Shown here: positions 9,417 through 18,097 of the stretch, in pieces
Layout: the number at the start of each line of letters is the position of its first letter
How positions within the stretch are numbered: the stretch's first letter is position 1
Assembly: GCF_000017845.1 (NCBI RefSeq)
Contig: NC_010546.1
Span: 1,440,001-1,472,000 of the forward strand
DNA: 32,000 bases
Reading direction: 5' to 3'
Origin: Crocosphaera subtropica ATCC 51142
GTDB taxonomy: Bacteria > Cyanobacteriota > Cyanobacteriia > Cyanobacteriales > Microcystaceae
Program-made: the position numbers and the translations under genes
Notes under the pieces: generated by a model
What the model was told of the DNA's origin: nothing
Seen by the model: only the letters and a program-made list of their open reading frames with translations
Database searches by the model: none

Positions 9417-9487
9417 ATAATTTTGTTTGATTTATCACCAGTTAAACTCAAATCCACATCATCTGCTTAATATTTTAAATTGCAATT

Positions 9488-9517
9488 AGGGGGTACATTA
9501 TCCCCTATTTCTGTTTT
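9488..9517 (+). terminator. Weak hairpin plus T-rich tail after the CHRD gene
   Basis: agggg (9488-9492) pairs with cccct (9502-9506) around a 9-nt loop, followed by atttctgtttt. Confidence 0.35.
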
Positions 9518-9714
9518 CAACTGTAATCTCTCATTATGTTAAGATATTCCGATGAATTCATCAGGATAGGACTTATACCAATTCTCAAAAGTTACTAGAG
9601 ACTTAATTAATATTCTTTTTGCTTTATCTCCCTTACTCCCTCTGCTTAACTCAACTAATAATCTCTATTGTTAATAAAGAGAATTGGTATTATTATCGAA
9701 CTCAGGTTTAAAAC

Positions 9715-10938
9715 TCACATCTTGCACCTGACGAGACAAAGTTCCAAACCGTGTTCATAAAACCAAGGATTTAGTAACTTTAACCTCCTGAGAAGAGAAA
9801 GGAGTAAAATGTGAGGGAGTAGCAAAACTAAGGCTTGTTGGGCTGAATCATACCAATCTAAATCATCAAAATTGTTATTGTGTAAATAGGTCAAATATGC
9901 TAATATATAAGACAGAAAAGAAAGAATTAACCAACGATAAACCCCTAGCAAAGTTTTTTGACCAAAACGGTGAAGACTAAACTGATGTTTAGCCGTTTTA
10001 AAGAAACCTTCAATTTGCCATCGGTATTTACCCCATCTGGTGATAGTTTTTCCCTTCATTGGTTTAGTTGAAATAACAAATCGTTTCACTCGTTTCCCAT
10101 TACGTTTCAGCCAAACCCATGAGACAAATACTGGGAAAGCTAAGCCATGCAGATATACTTGTTGTCCACGATTTTTCAAATCAGATACTTTACGCCCATC
10201 GGTTAATTTTCTTCGATTGGGTATGCCTAATATGCCGTGATGATTAAACTCTTTACTGCGGATTTTTTCAATAAATTGGATAGTCCCAAAGGCTGTATCT
10301 CCTAAGACATAAATCTGAAAAGATTCTGTTAAAATAGAAGGTAATGTGTTCAGTAATTTCAAAGCCAATTGAGATGGCGATGGAGTACCTTTACCTCTAT
10401 AAACACGAAAACTCCAAGGGATTCGCCAATTTCCTATAACTAAGTAAAGAACAACAATATGTAAACCCTTCTTATGATTATAGACTCTAACTAAGTCTTT
10501 TAGATGAGGAAACTTCCCAACTTTTTCTAAGGTAGTTAAATCTATGATAACTTGTAAAATGGGTTTTCTTCCTTTTTTTCGTTGGGATAAAACAAGATTC
10601 AAAATAAAAGAACGAATGGTACGTATCAGAGAACGAGTCGACTGCCGACCCACCTTGAATTCAATTCAAGGTGGAAAGCGGCAGTGCATTCCGCACCAAT
10701 TATAATGATTCAAGAATCGACTAATCGCACTTTCAGATTTGGTTTCACAATGATGAGGAACAGCATTTCCTTGTCCATCTAACAATAATCCTATAATGGA
10801 TTCTAACGTATCTTTTTGATAAATCGTCGGCATTAAATCTTTTAAAGTAGAAAGTAATTCCTCCTCGCGCGTTCCCATGCGCCGTTCGACGGCGCGGGGT
10901 CGCTCCTCCACTTGAGGTAAAATAGTGTGTGCTGGCAT
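9715..10938 (-). pseudogene. DDE transposase (DDE_Tnp_1 / IS4-like), one continuous frame interrupted by a single in-frame TGA
   Basis: Track ORFs 9715..10653 and 10666..11004 are in the same frame (offset 951 = 3 x 317) and are separated only by the TGA at 10666-10668 plus 4 codons. DDE candidates are IIDLTTLEK, YVLGDTAFG and RWQIEGFFKTAKHQF (R-x3-E-x6-K). The likely ATG is at 10936-10938 (MPAHTILPQ...). Confidence 0.75.
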
Positions 10939-10997
10939 AGTTATCTTATTAAACAAGAGAATTATAATAACACAGTTGCTCAAGATGAAAGTGGAAA

Positions 10998-11399
10998 ATG
11001 CCAAGAACTGAAAGTGAACTGCAAAAAAATCAACGTACAGACGGTATTAGAGAAGCAATAGACGCTTTAAAACGGGAAATATCTGAAATTGAGGCTTCAG
11101 GATGGATCGCCCCTCGTGATTGTTACATAGTGAGGTATCGAGCTAAAGGCGCGAAATATCGTTATTGGTATTATCAACTTAAGGCATCATCAGCCGTCTT
11201 TCCAAAAGCTAATAAAAAAGGTGAGTTTTCTCGTTTTAAACATTTGGGAAAAGCAGGAAGTCAAGCACATATAGATGGTGTTAACGCTGTTATTAGACGA
11301 AGTAAAATTGACCAGTTAACTTCGGCCATTGAAGCCCTTTACGAAAGTTTGCTAGATTTATATCCTGATGAAGAAAAACCCGGCCATAGGGTGGAGTAA
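10998..11399 (+). CDS. Hypothetical 133-aa protein encoded inside the IS boundaries, divergent from the transposase
   Basis: The ORF has helical, charged termini and a basic, aromatic-rich centre (YIVRYRAKGAKYRYWYYQLK). I recognise no family. It lies between the transposase start and the right inverted repeat. Confidence 0.45.
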   Translation: MPRTESELQKNQRTDGIREAIDALKREISEIEASGWIAPRDCYIVRYRAKGAKYRYWYYQLKASSAVFPKANKKGEFSRFKHLGKAGSQAHIDGVNAVIRRSKIDQLTSAIEALYESLLDLYPDEEKPGHRVE

Positions 11400-11618
11400 A
11401 ATAAAAAGTACCTTGGGTTTTAATTAATTCTTGATTATTGTTCTCTATCTCAAAAAGAGAACAAACGCCAACCCCCATCAGATAAGGATTTTAGGCAGCG
11501 TTTCTCATATCAATTTTTCTTGGTGCAAGATGTGAGTAAAAGGAACTATCCCAAAGCTAGAATATGGGGCAGTTCCTTAGATTCAGACTTGATTGAGAAT
11601 CAACTCAAAATTGAGTAA

Positions 11619-13904
11619 CTATTTGTTGATTCGTTCACGAATTTGTTCAACATCAATGCTACTGTGATTTTTGGCTTTACCCCAGTAACCTAGGTTAGCG
11701 GTTGTATATACAGATGTCACATCTAAACTCTCTGGGCTTTCTATGGTTACAAATCCCTCAATAAAAAAGTTTGGCCATTTTCCATCAAACAACTTCTTAC
11801 GAATGTGATCACAGTCTACAGCAAGACCCTGCTGAGATTCTAACTCATCTCTACCGATAGGTAACACCCGACCTGATTGCTGATTTCCAGGAGGAATAGT
11901 AAGTACCAGTTTCTTGTCAAACTGAACCGTTGATAATCCAGGGTTGTGAATATTAATAGTGGTACCATAAAAGCCTCTAGCTAACTGCATATTTTTAGCT
12001 TCTTTCTGAAGGCCGCAAACGAGTTTAGGTGTATATTCATAGCGAGATAACTGAGGTCGTGTAAGATCAACGCTACAATCAGCAGTTAATGCCGTACCCA
12101 TAACTCCCACGGTCACTAATCGAGGGCCTCGATTAGCATTATTAGGAATAATAAAATCAGCCTTAACATTACCGGCTTCATCAATTGGTACTGTGCCTAA
12201 TAGCTGATCCCCCAGAAATACTTTAGCTGTCTCATTTTCAATCAGATCACTCGCTTCAATTGTCGCAATTCGTCCGGCCGAGACTGATGGAGGTCTCACA
12301 CTGCACGTTGGAAATTGAGGTGGAATTAACCGGATGTCTACTCCCCCATCTCTTGGCTCACTCGGTAGCCGATCAAATTGTCCTTGAGGTGTCAATCGTT
12401 GTGCGATCGCTTGGAGTCTGACTTGTGGTTCAGCACTCCCTCTGACGGAATTTGGCATTTCAATCGACACTAGATGAAACAGGGGTAAAGGAGTCTCACC
12501 ACCAATCGGCGCGATGGCATTGGCACGAATATTCGGGCCTTCGCTTTTGACAAAATCTCCGTTTTCAAATCGCCATACGGTTCCAGTAGCTGCTAAAGGA
12601 GGTGTAGCTGAGATTGATTGAGGAGTCGAAGTAATCGGAATAACAATGCCTGATACTTCGACTCTTGTCACTAATTCAGCCCCCTGAAAGCTAGTAGCAA
12701 ATCCTAAATCAGCAGGATTGCCTCCTGTTCCTGGGTTGTCATCCAAATCAGCAAAAATTAAATACTGACGCACATCAGTTGACTGATCAATTAGACCAAA
12801 GACCCGATGAGAGAAGATCGTTGTTTGTGTGGGTTCATTTTCTATCATCGATATCCAAGCAAGATCGACAGATTCGTCAGTCACTTCCTGTACTTCGTCC
12901 ACTCTTTGATCGCTCAAAGTATCTCCATTAATTAGGGCCGCAGGTGGATCAATTTGACTCCCAGAATAGACTAAAGCCACAGGTCGGCTTGTCTGTCTCT
13001 GAAGAGTTGTAATGACTCCAGAACCCACTGTAGGTGCCATCATATTCGGGGGAGGGGCATTAACATTTTCGTTGGGATCACAGTTAAAAATATTGTCGTC
13101 GTAGACATCATCATTGTCGTCATCTAAGCCATTTCCATGGCCAAGTCTGAGGACATGACCTAATTCATGAGCTAACAATGCGTCAATGGGATCAATAGCC
13201 AGTCTGAATGAGTTATCCACAACACTAGCCGATCCGCCAATTGCGCTAGTTACATTCGTTGGAGGGGTTGCACAAGTGTTGGCACCACCATTAAGTCCCG
13301 TAAACCCTCCCCATCCTATGAGGTTAGTCGGATTCCCTGCGTTATTAACGAACTGTCTTAAGTTAAGTGCGATCGGGCCAACCAGAGTGGTGTTAAATTG
13401 CATCGCCAGGTTGTTCCAGGCTGTATTACAAGCTGTAATCGCCTGGTTTAGTTCTTGCCCATTAATTTGCGGGTCTAAGATGTCTCCGTACTGACCCACT
13501 CCCCCATTTTCGGGAGGACTAGGATCAGCAATAATCGGAAAAGTCGCCTGATCACGAATTGCAGCCGTTATTCCACTTCTAAAGGTGATATTTGCTCCAG
13601 GTATCCAAATATTGTCACTCGCTCGCTCATGTCTTCGCCAGAGTACGTTATCGGTGTCTGGTTCCCCAACTCCCCCAGGATTAGTAAATGCTGGAACCCC
13701 TCGTTCTCCAGGGTCAAATGTGCCATCATTATTGGCATCTTCTCCAATGACGCACCATCTTAAAGGAACACTAATTAAATTATTACCTGCTTGAACTGAT
13801 GGAATTGCTGTTGTCCAGAGGAAGAAAATAGCTAAACCAACTGTTGCCAGCCTTCGACAACAGTTGGCAATGGTTGAGAAGGGTGATAAAGGTGGTTTTT
13901 TCAT
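11619..13904 (-). CDS. Secreted zinc metalloprotease-like protein (metzincin-type HExxHxxxxxH plus Met-turn), multidomain
   Basis: The 761-aa ORF has a signal peptide (...LWTTAIPSVQA). HELGHVLRLGH lies at 13137-13169, followed by an acidic run (GLDDDNDDVYDD) and NMMAP, a candidate Met-turn. Further on are an IPT/TIG-like segment and a conserved-looking C-terminal module (KLVCG...YGTTINIHNP...FIEGFVTIES...LDVTSVYT). A strong SD (aaagagga) precedes the ATG. Confidence 0.8.
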   Translation of the reverse strand: MKKPPLSPFSTIANCCRRLATVGLAIFFLWTTAIPSVQAGNNLISVPLRWCVIGEDANNDGTFDPGERGVPAFTNPGGVGEPDTDNVLWRRHERASDNIWIPGANITFRSGITAAIRDQATFPIIADPSPPENGGVGQYGDILDPQINGQELNQAITACNTAWNNLAMQFNTTLVGPIALNLRQFVNNAGNPTNLIGWGGFTGLNGGANTCATPPTNVTSAIGGSASVVDNSFRLAIDPIDALLAHELGHVLRLGHGNGLDDDNDDVYDDNIFNCDPNENVNAPPPNMMAPTVGSGVITTLQRQTSRPVALVYSGSQIDPPAALINGDTLSDQRVDEVQEVTDESVDLAWISMIENEPTQTTIFSHRVFGLIDQSTDVRQYLIFADLDDNPGTGGNPADLGFATSFQGAELVTRVEVSGIVIPITSTPQSISATPPLAATGTVWRFENGDFVKSEGPNIRANAIAPIGGETPLPLFHLVSIEMPNSVRGSAEPQVRLQAIAQRLTPQGQFDRLPSEPRDGGVDIRLIPPQFPTCSVRPPSVSAGRIATIEASDLIENETAKVFLGDQLLGTVPIDEAGNVKADFIIPNNANRGPRLVTVGVMGTALTADCSVDLTRPQLSRYEYTPKLVCGLQKEAKNMQLARGFYGTTINIHNPGLSTVQFDKKLVLTIPPGNQQSGRVLPIGRDELESQQGLAVDCDHIRKKLFDGKWPNFFIEGFVTIESPESLDVTSVYTTANLGYWGKAKNHSSIDVEQIRERINK

Positions 13905-14249
13905 TTTATAATCCTCTTTATTGATTAACTTCGTAATCGTTTTTTACCTTAACTTCACCTTGTTCATTTTTTTTTAAACATCGAGATGTGAGGTGATTTT
14001 AGTTACATAATGTTATTTTTATATAAGAAAATAAATACAAAATCAAAGAAGTAAACTCTTGCATTATGAGAGATTTTAGCTAAATTTTAAAGCAATCAAC
14101 TTAAACAGAACGACGGCGACGGCGCTGGTTTGGTTGTTGACTCTGCATCTGTTGCTCCTGATAAATATTGATCATTTTCTGAGAACCTATCAATTCAGCT
14201 TGATAATTTTCTATAATGGTTTTCAAAATCAATCAAGTAATAACTAAAA

Positions 14250-15089
14250 ATGAAATTTTTAATACCTACTAGCTGTATTTTAATGGCTTCAATAGTTGGC
14301 ACTGTTCCTGCTTTAGCCAGTAACTTCTCCTTTTCTACTGGCGATCCTGACGGTTTAATTGGTACTGCTTCTCGACCCGGAGGAAGTGGTCTGAGTGAGG
14401 TAGAAACAGGAGATGACTTTATTGTTAATGAATTTACTCTGATTGATGAGATATCATTTACTGGATTATTAATAGGCAATAATCCAGTTATTAATGAAGT
14501 GTTAGTCGAAGTTTACCGAATTTTTCCACAAGACTCTCAAAATCCTCCTTCGGGTAACGTCCCGACTAGAGAAAATTCTCCGGCTGATGTCGCTTTTCAA
14601 GAAAGAACTGTAACTTCAGAGGAGTTTACACCAATGCTCCTAGAAAATTCTTTTGAAGTAGCTAATACAGTAGGCGAAAATATTAATCCTCTTCCCAACC
14701 CAATAACTGGTGGAGAAGGAGCAGCAAGCGGAGAACTCGTTCGTATCGATGTTCGTTTATTTGAGCCTTTCACTTTACCGGCGGATCATTATTTCTTTGT
14801 CCCCCAAGTGGGTGTAGATAATGGAGAGTTTCTTTGGGCATCTGCTTCTAAGCCTATTGTGGCTCCAGGAACTCCCTTTGCTCCTGATTTACAAACTTGG
14901 ATCAGAGATGAAGCACTCGATCCTGATTGGCTAAGGATAGGAACAGATGTTATTGGAGAAGGAGCCTTTAATGCTAGTTTTTCTCTAAGTGGACAAACCG
15001 CTTCGGTTTCTGAACCTTCGGGAATTTTTGGTCTTTTTGCACTAGGAAGTCTAACAATTGCTTCTCAAGTTAAGCGAAGATTGAAATAA
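14250..15089 (+). CDS. Secreted protein with PEP-CTERM-type C-terminus (SEPS variant)
   Basis: Signal peptide MKFLIPTSCILMASIVGTVPALA. The C-terminus is SVSEPSGIFGLFALGSLTIASQVKRRLK (motif plus helix at 15009-15086). Confidence 0.8.
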   Translation: MKFLIPTSCILMASIVGTVPALASNFSFSTGDPDGLIGTASRPGGSGLSEVETGDDFIVNEFTLIDEISFTGLLIGNNPVINEVLVEVYRIFPQDSQNPPSGNVPTRENSPADVAFQERTVTSEEFTPMLLENSFEVANTVGENINPLPNPITGGEGAASGELVRIDVRLFEPFTLPADHYFFVPQVGVDNGEFLWASASKPIVAPGTPFAPDLQTWIRDEALDPDWLRIGTDVIGEGAFNASFSLSGQTASVSEPSGIFGLFALGSLTIASQVKRRLK

Positions 15090-15264
15090 TTAGTAAATAA
15101 ACGGTTTGAGTCTTTATATTTTAACTTAACTGTTTAGGGAGTTCGCCCCTTACTTTTTAGTTGAAGCTGCACAACCTAGACAAAGAAGTTAGTGTAGCGA
15201 CGGGAGTTGTCAACATCGAGACACACACGGAAAACCTTTGTAAGCATTAACACTCTCTTTCAAT

Positions 15265-16008
15265 ATGCAAGTTAAACGACAAAACATTAGTATCCTGGTA
15301 GACGATAATGCGATGAGAATCTACCTCGTTAGTCCAGATAAAGTTGGACAATATCCAGGAATTTTATTTTACAGTGATATTTATCAACTGGGTTCTCCTA
15401 TAACTCGTTTGGCTGATCATTTAGCTGGATACGGTTTTGTGGTGGCTGCTCCAGAAATCTATCATCGTCAGTTACCTATTGGCACGGTGATTGAACCAAC
15501 GGATATAGGAAAGATACAAGGGAACGAAGCAGCGAGAAAAACCGCCACCTCAGAGTTTGATACCGATGCTAGTGCTGTGATTAATTTGTTGAGTAAATAT
15601 GAGGGAGTCGCCTCTCAATCAATAGGTGCGATGGGGTTTTGTATTGGAGGACATTTGGCTTGTCGAGCAGCCTTAAATCCCTTAGTTAAAGCCTCCGTGT
15701 GTGTCTATCCCACAGGAATTCATAGTGGTAAATTAGGAAAAGAAAAAGCTGATACTTTAACAAGACTTTCTGAAATTCAAGGGGAACTCTTCTTAATTTT
15801 TGGCACATTAGATCCTCATGTTCCCGAAGATGGAAGAATTACCATTAAGCAAGCCTTAGAAAAATCTAAAATTAGACATAAAATAAGCGAATATGAAGCT
15901 AATCATACTTTTATGAGAGATGATGGCTATCGGTTTGATCCCGTCGCCACTGATCAAGCAATGCAAGAAATTATCTCATTTTTTCAGTCTACATTAGTTA
16001 ATAATTAA
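15265..16008 (+). CDS. Dienelactone hydrolase family protein (alpha/beta hydrolase with Cys nucleophile)
   Basis: PGILFYSDIYQL, nucleophile elbow GFCIGGH, LDPHVP and NHTFMRD fit the family layout at a typical 247-aa length. Confidence 0.85.
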   Translation: MQVKRQNISILVDDNAMRIYLVSPDKVGQYPGILFYSDIYQLGSPITRLADHLAGYGFVVAAPEIYHRQLPIGTVIEPTDIGKIQGNEAARKTATSEFDTDASAVINLLSKYEGVASQSIGAMGFCIGGHLACRAALNPLVKASVCVYPTGIHSGKLGKEKADTLTRLSEIQGELFLIFGTLDPHVPEDGRITIKQALEKSKIRHKISEYEANHTFMRDDGYRFDPVATDQAMQEIISFFQSTLVNN

Positions 16009-16030
16009 GCAGGTAATTAATGATTCTTGT

Positions 16031-17170
16031 TTATTGCAAAACCCAACCACTGGCTTGACACACAGCAATTCCATCACCCCTAGGTTGTGCTAAAGATGAT
16101 AAACACCAATATTGTTCCCCATCAAAAACAACACCGTCTTTGACATACGTTAGTTGAGACACAGGTTGCCAACTACTTTCTCCTTCTTCATCATAATACT
16201 GATACTGTTCATTCTTTATAGTTAATCCCATCCCTACTGAACCTATCCAATAATTTCCTTCTCTAAATTTCATCAAAGAATTTGATTGAACTTCTCCATT
16301 TTCCTTTAGATAGTTTTGTTGAATCAAAAAAGCTTTTAAAGCCGTAGGAAAGTCAGGGTATTTATTAGTCACATTTCCTTGTTCGTCATAAGTCTCTAAT
16401 CCCCAATCTGAGTTTTTATCATAATGAGCTAACATAAACTTCCAACCCTCTTCATATTCCCCTAAAAGAATTTTTTGGGCAACATAACCAGCTAATACCC
16501 CATTAATTTCATAATCGTCCTTTTGTCTTTCTTTAATTGCTTCATACATTCGTTGTAGGGTTTCTCTCAAAATTTTGGGATGGTTACGAGTAATATTATT
16601 AAGTTTTCCCTTTTCAAAATTATAAATGAGACTAGGAGGAAAAGAACCAGCGTAAGAACTAAATTTATAAAGAAAGGAATTATCATAAGTCAAAAATTCT
16701 AACGTTCCATCCCCATTAATATCTTCAAAACCTCCTCCATTCCCATCTAAATATCCTGTCTCTGTTTTAATAAATTGAGTATTATCCCAAGTATAAATAA
16801 TATGATTGGTACAACAATGTGCGCCTCCACTAAAAGTTCTAATTACTACTTCATTTATACCATTTTTATCTAAGTCTTGTAAAACAACTTCTCCAGTATA
16901 TCGAGTATAGTCTTTAGCTTCTATTTGCTTTTGATCATTATAGTAAATAGAATAGGTTAAATTTTTATCATCTGATGACCCCGAAACATTTACATCATTT
17001 GGAGTATAACTAACAGAGACTTTAATGGCTCCAGATTGGATAATTTTATCAGTAAACGGAGTATCTCCTTCAATCTCAATATTTGAAGTAGCTAGTATTC
17101 TATTCGTTAAGCCTAGCATCATAAAAGTATTTAGTGAAAAGAGACATAAAAGATAATTAATAGTTTTCAT
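16031..17170 (-). CDS. Secreted hypothetical protein with FG-GAP/VCBS-like Ca-binding loops
   Basis: Signal peptide, then DLDKNGINEVVI and DINGDGTLEFL loops and an unusual SGGAHCCTN motif. It lies 14 nt downstream of the preceding gene on the same strand. Confidence 0.75.
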   Translation of the reverse strand: MKTINYLLCLFSLNTFMMLGLTNRILATSNIEIEGDTPFTDKIIQSGAIKVSVSYTPNDVNVSGSSDDKNLTYSIYYNDQKQIEAKDYTRYTGEVVLQDLDKNGINEVVIRTFSGGAHCCTNHIIYTWDNTQFIKTETGYLDGNGGGFEDINGDGTLEFLTYDNSFLYKFSSYAGSFPPSLIYNFEKGKLNNITRNHPKILRETLQRMYEAIKERQKDDYEINGVLAGYVAQKILLGEYEEGWKFMLAHYDKNSDWGLETYDEQGNVTNKYPDFPTALKAFLIQQNYLKENGEVQSNSLMKFREGNYWIGSVGMGLTIKNEQYQYYDEEGESSWQPVSQLTYVKDGVVFDGEQYWCLSSLAQPRGDGIAVCQASGWVLQ

Positions 17171-17184
17171 AAATTAATTACAGT

Positions 17185-18063
17185 CTAATTATTACGATTA
17201 AGCTTTTTCAGCATTTTTGTGGGTCCGATATCCGAGAGCTTATAGCCATTAGGATAACTTCTCAATTTACTATCAGTAAAAAAATCAGGTTTTTTTCTAG
17301 GTAAAAGCCATCTTGAAACATAACCACGTAACTTTAGACCATTTTCTACTAAATTACAGACAACACCTGGAGGATGGGGGCTACCAAAAGCCGTCAAAGT
17401 TAAGTCATCAAACATTGCATAGACACAGGGTTTAATCATCTGACGACTAAAATAGGGAAACCAACTGAGAAATAAATTAATTGTTGATTCTCCTACACGA
17501 CGATTGCTATCAGAATAAACAAAGTTCTGCTGTTCATAATCGTGATTATATTGGGCAAATTTTTCATAAGTAGAAGGTATATTTTTAATGTGCATTTTTT
17601 CTCCCACTTTTTGCCAAAAATGAAAAATCGCTAGTTTTTCAGTTTCACAAAACAATCGCCAGCCAAACCGTTCATTCCAGCGAATCGGTTCATAAATAAA
17701 GGTAGAAAGCACATACAGAAAATCCTCATTACTAATGGGGTAATGTCCGTGAATAGCATTCATTCTACGGAGTGACTCTTGACCCCGTTCGCTATCGTAG
17801 CTCCATTTGAGTATTTCAGCTACCAGTAATCCTGTGTCATCATAGCGTTTTTGAGTATGATGATGAAATTCCCCTGTGCGGTCTAGTAGTTGGGAAATGC
17901 TAGGAATACAATAAGTTTTAACCATAGCCAGTTCCAACGAACGAGTAATATCCCAAGGGAATTCGTAACCAACTAATAAATGACAAATTTGGCAATGGTC
18001 ATTAACTGGATCTAATTGTTGGATTTGTTGAAGACGATGATAACGTAGATTAAGCCCAAACAT
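17185..18063 (-). CDS. MpaB/DUF2236-family oxygenase-like protein
   Basis: The pattern RRMNAIHGHYPISNEDFLYVLSTFIYEPIRWNERFGWR resembles the DUF2236 (MpaB / rubber-oxygenase catalytic domain) proteins I recall. The family call is from memory, not from a search. Confidence 0.6.
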   Translation of the reverse strand: MFGLNLRYHRLQQIQQLDPVNDHCQICHLLVGYEFPWDITRSLELAMVKTYCIPSISQLLDRTGEFHHHTQKRYDDTGLLVAEILKWSYDSERGQESLRRMNAIHGHYPISNEDFLYVLSTFIYEPIRWNERFGWRLFCETEKLAIFHFWQKVGEKMHIKNIPSTYEKFAQYNHDYEQQNFVYSDSNRRVGESTINLFLSWFPYFSRQMIKPCVYAMFDDLTLTAFGSPHPPGVVCNLVENGLKLRGYVSRWLLPRKKPDFFTDSKLRSYPNGYKLSDIGPTKMLKKLNRNN

Positions 18064-18097
18064 CTCTAACTATGGTCATTTAAGATTAAAACTAAGA

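Larger units (their letters stand above)
9713..11537 (-). mobile_element. Insertion sequence (IS4-superfamily-like), about 1825 bp, bounded by perfect 16-bp terminal inverted repeats
   Basis: actcacatcttgcacc at 9713-9728 is the exact reverse complement of ggtgcaagatgtgagt at 11522-11537. The transposase stop codon (9715-9717) lies inside the left repeat. Flanks are A-rich (..ttaaa | ..| aaaag..), so the target duplication cannot be resolved. Confidence 0.7.

Noticed and set aside
10641-10685. TGA plus hairpin as a selenocysteine (SECIS) site in the transposase
   Set aside because: The TGA lies inside the 5' arm of the stem rather than about 10 nt upstream of a SECIS-type hairpin. Nothing else in the window suggests Sec machinery, and a transposase is an implausible selenoprotein.
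14195-14479. 94-aa minus-strand ORF
   Set aside because: It is antisense to the 5' end of the PEP-CTERM gene 14250..15089, which has a proper signal peptide and sorting signal. This ORF has no motifs of its own.
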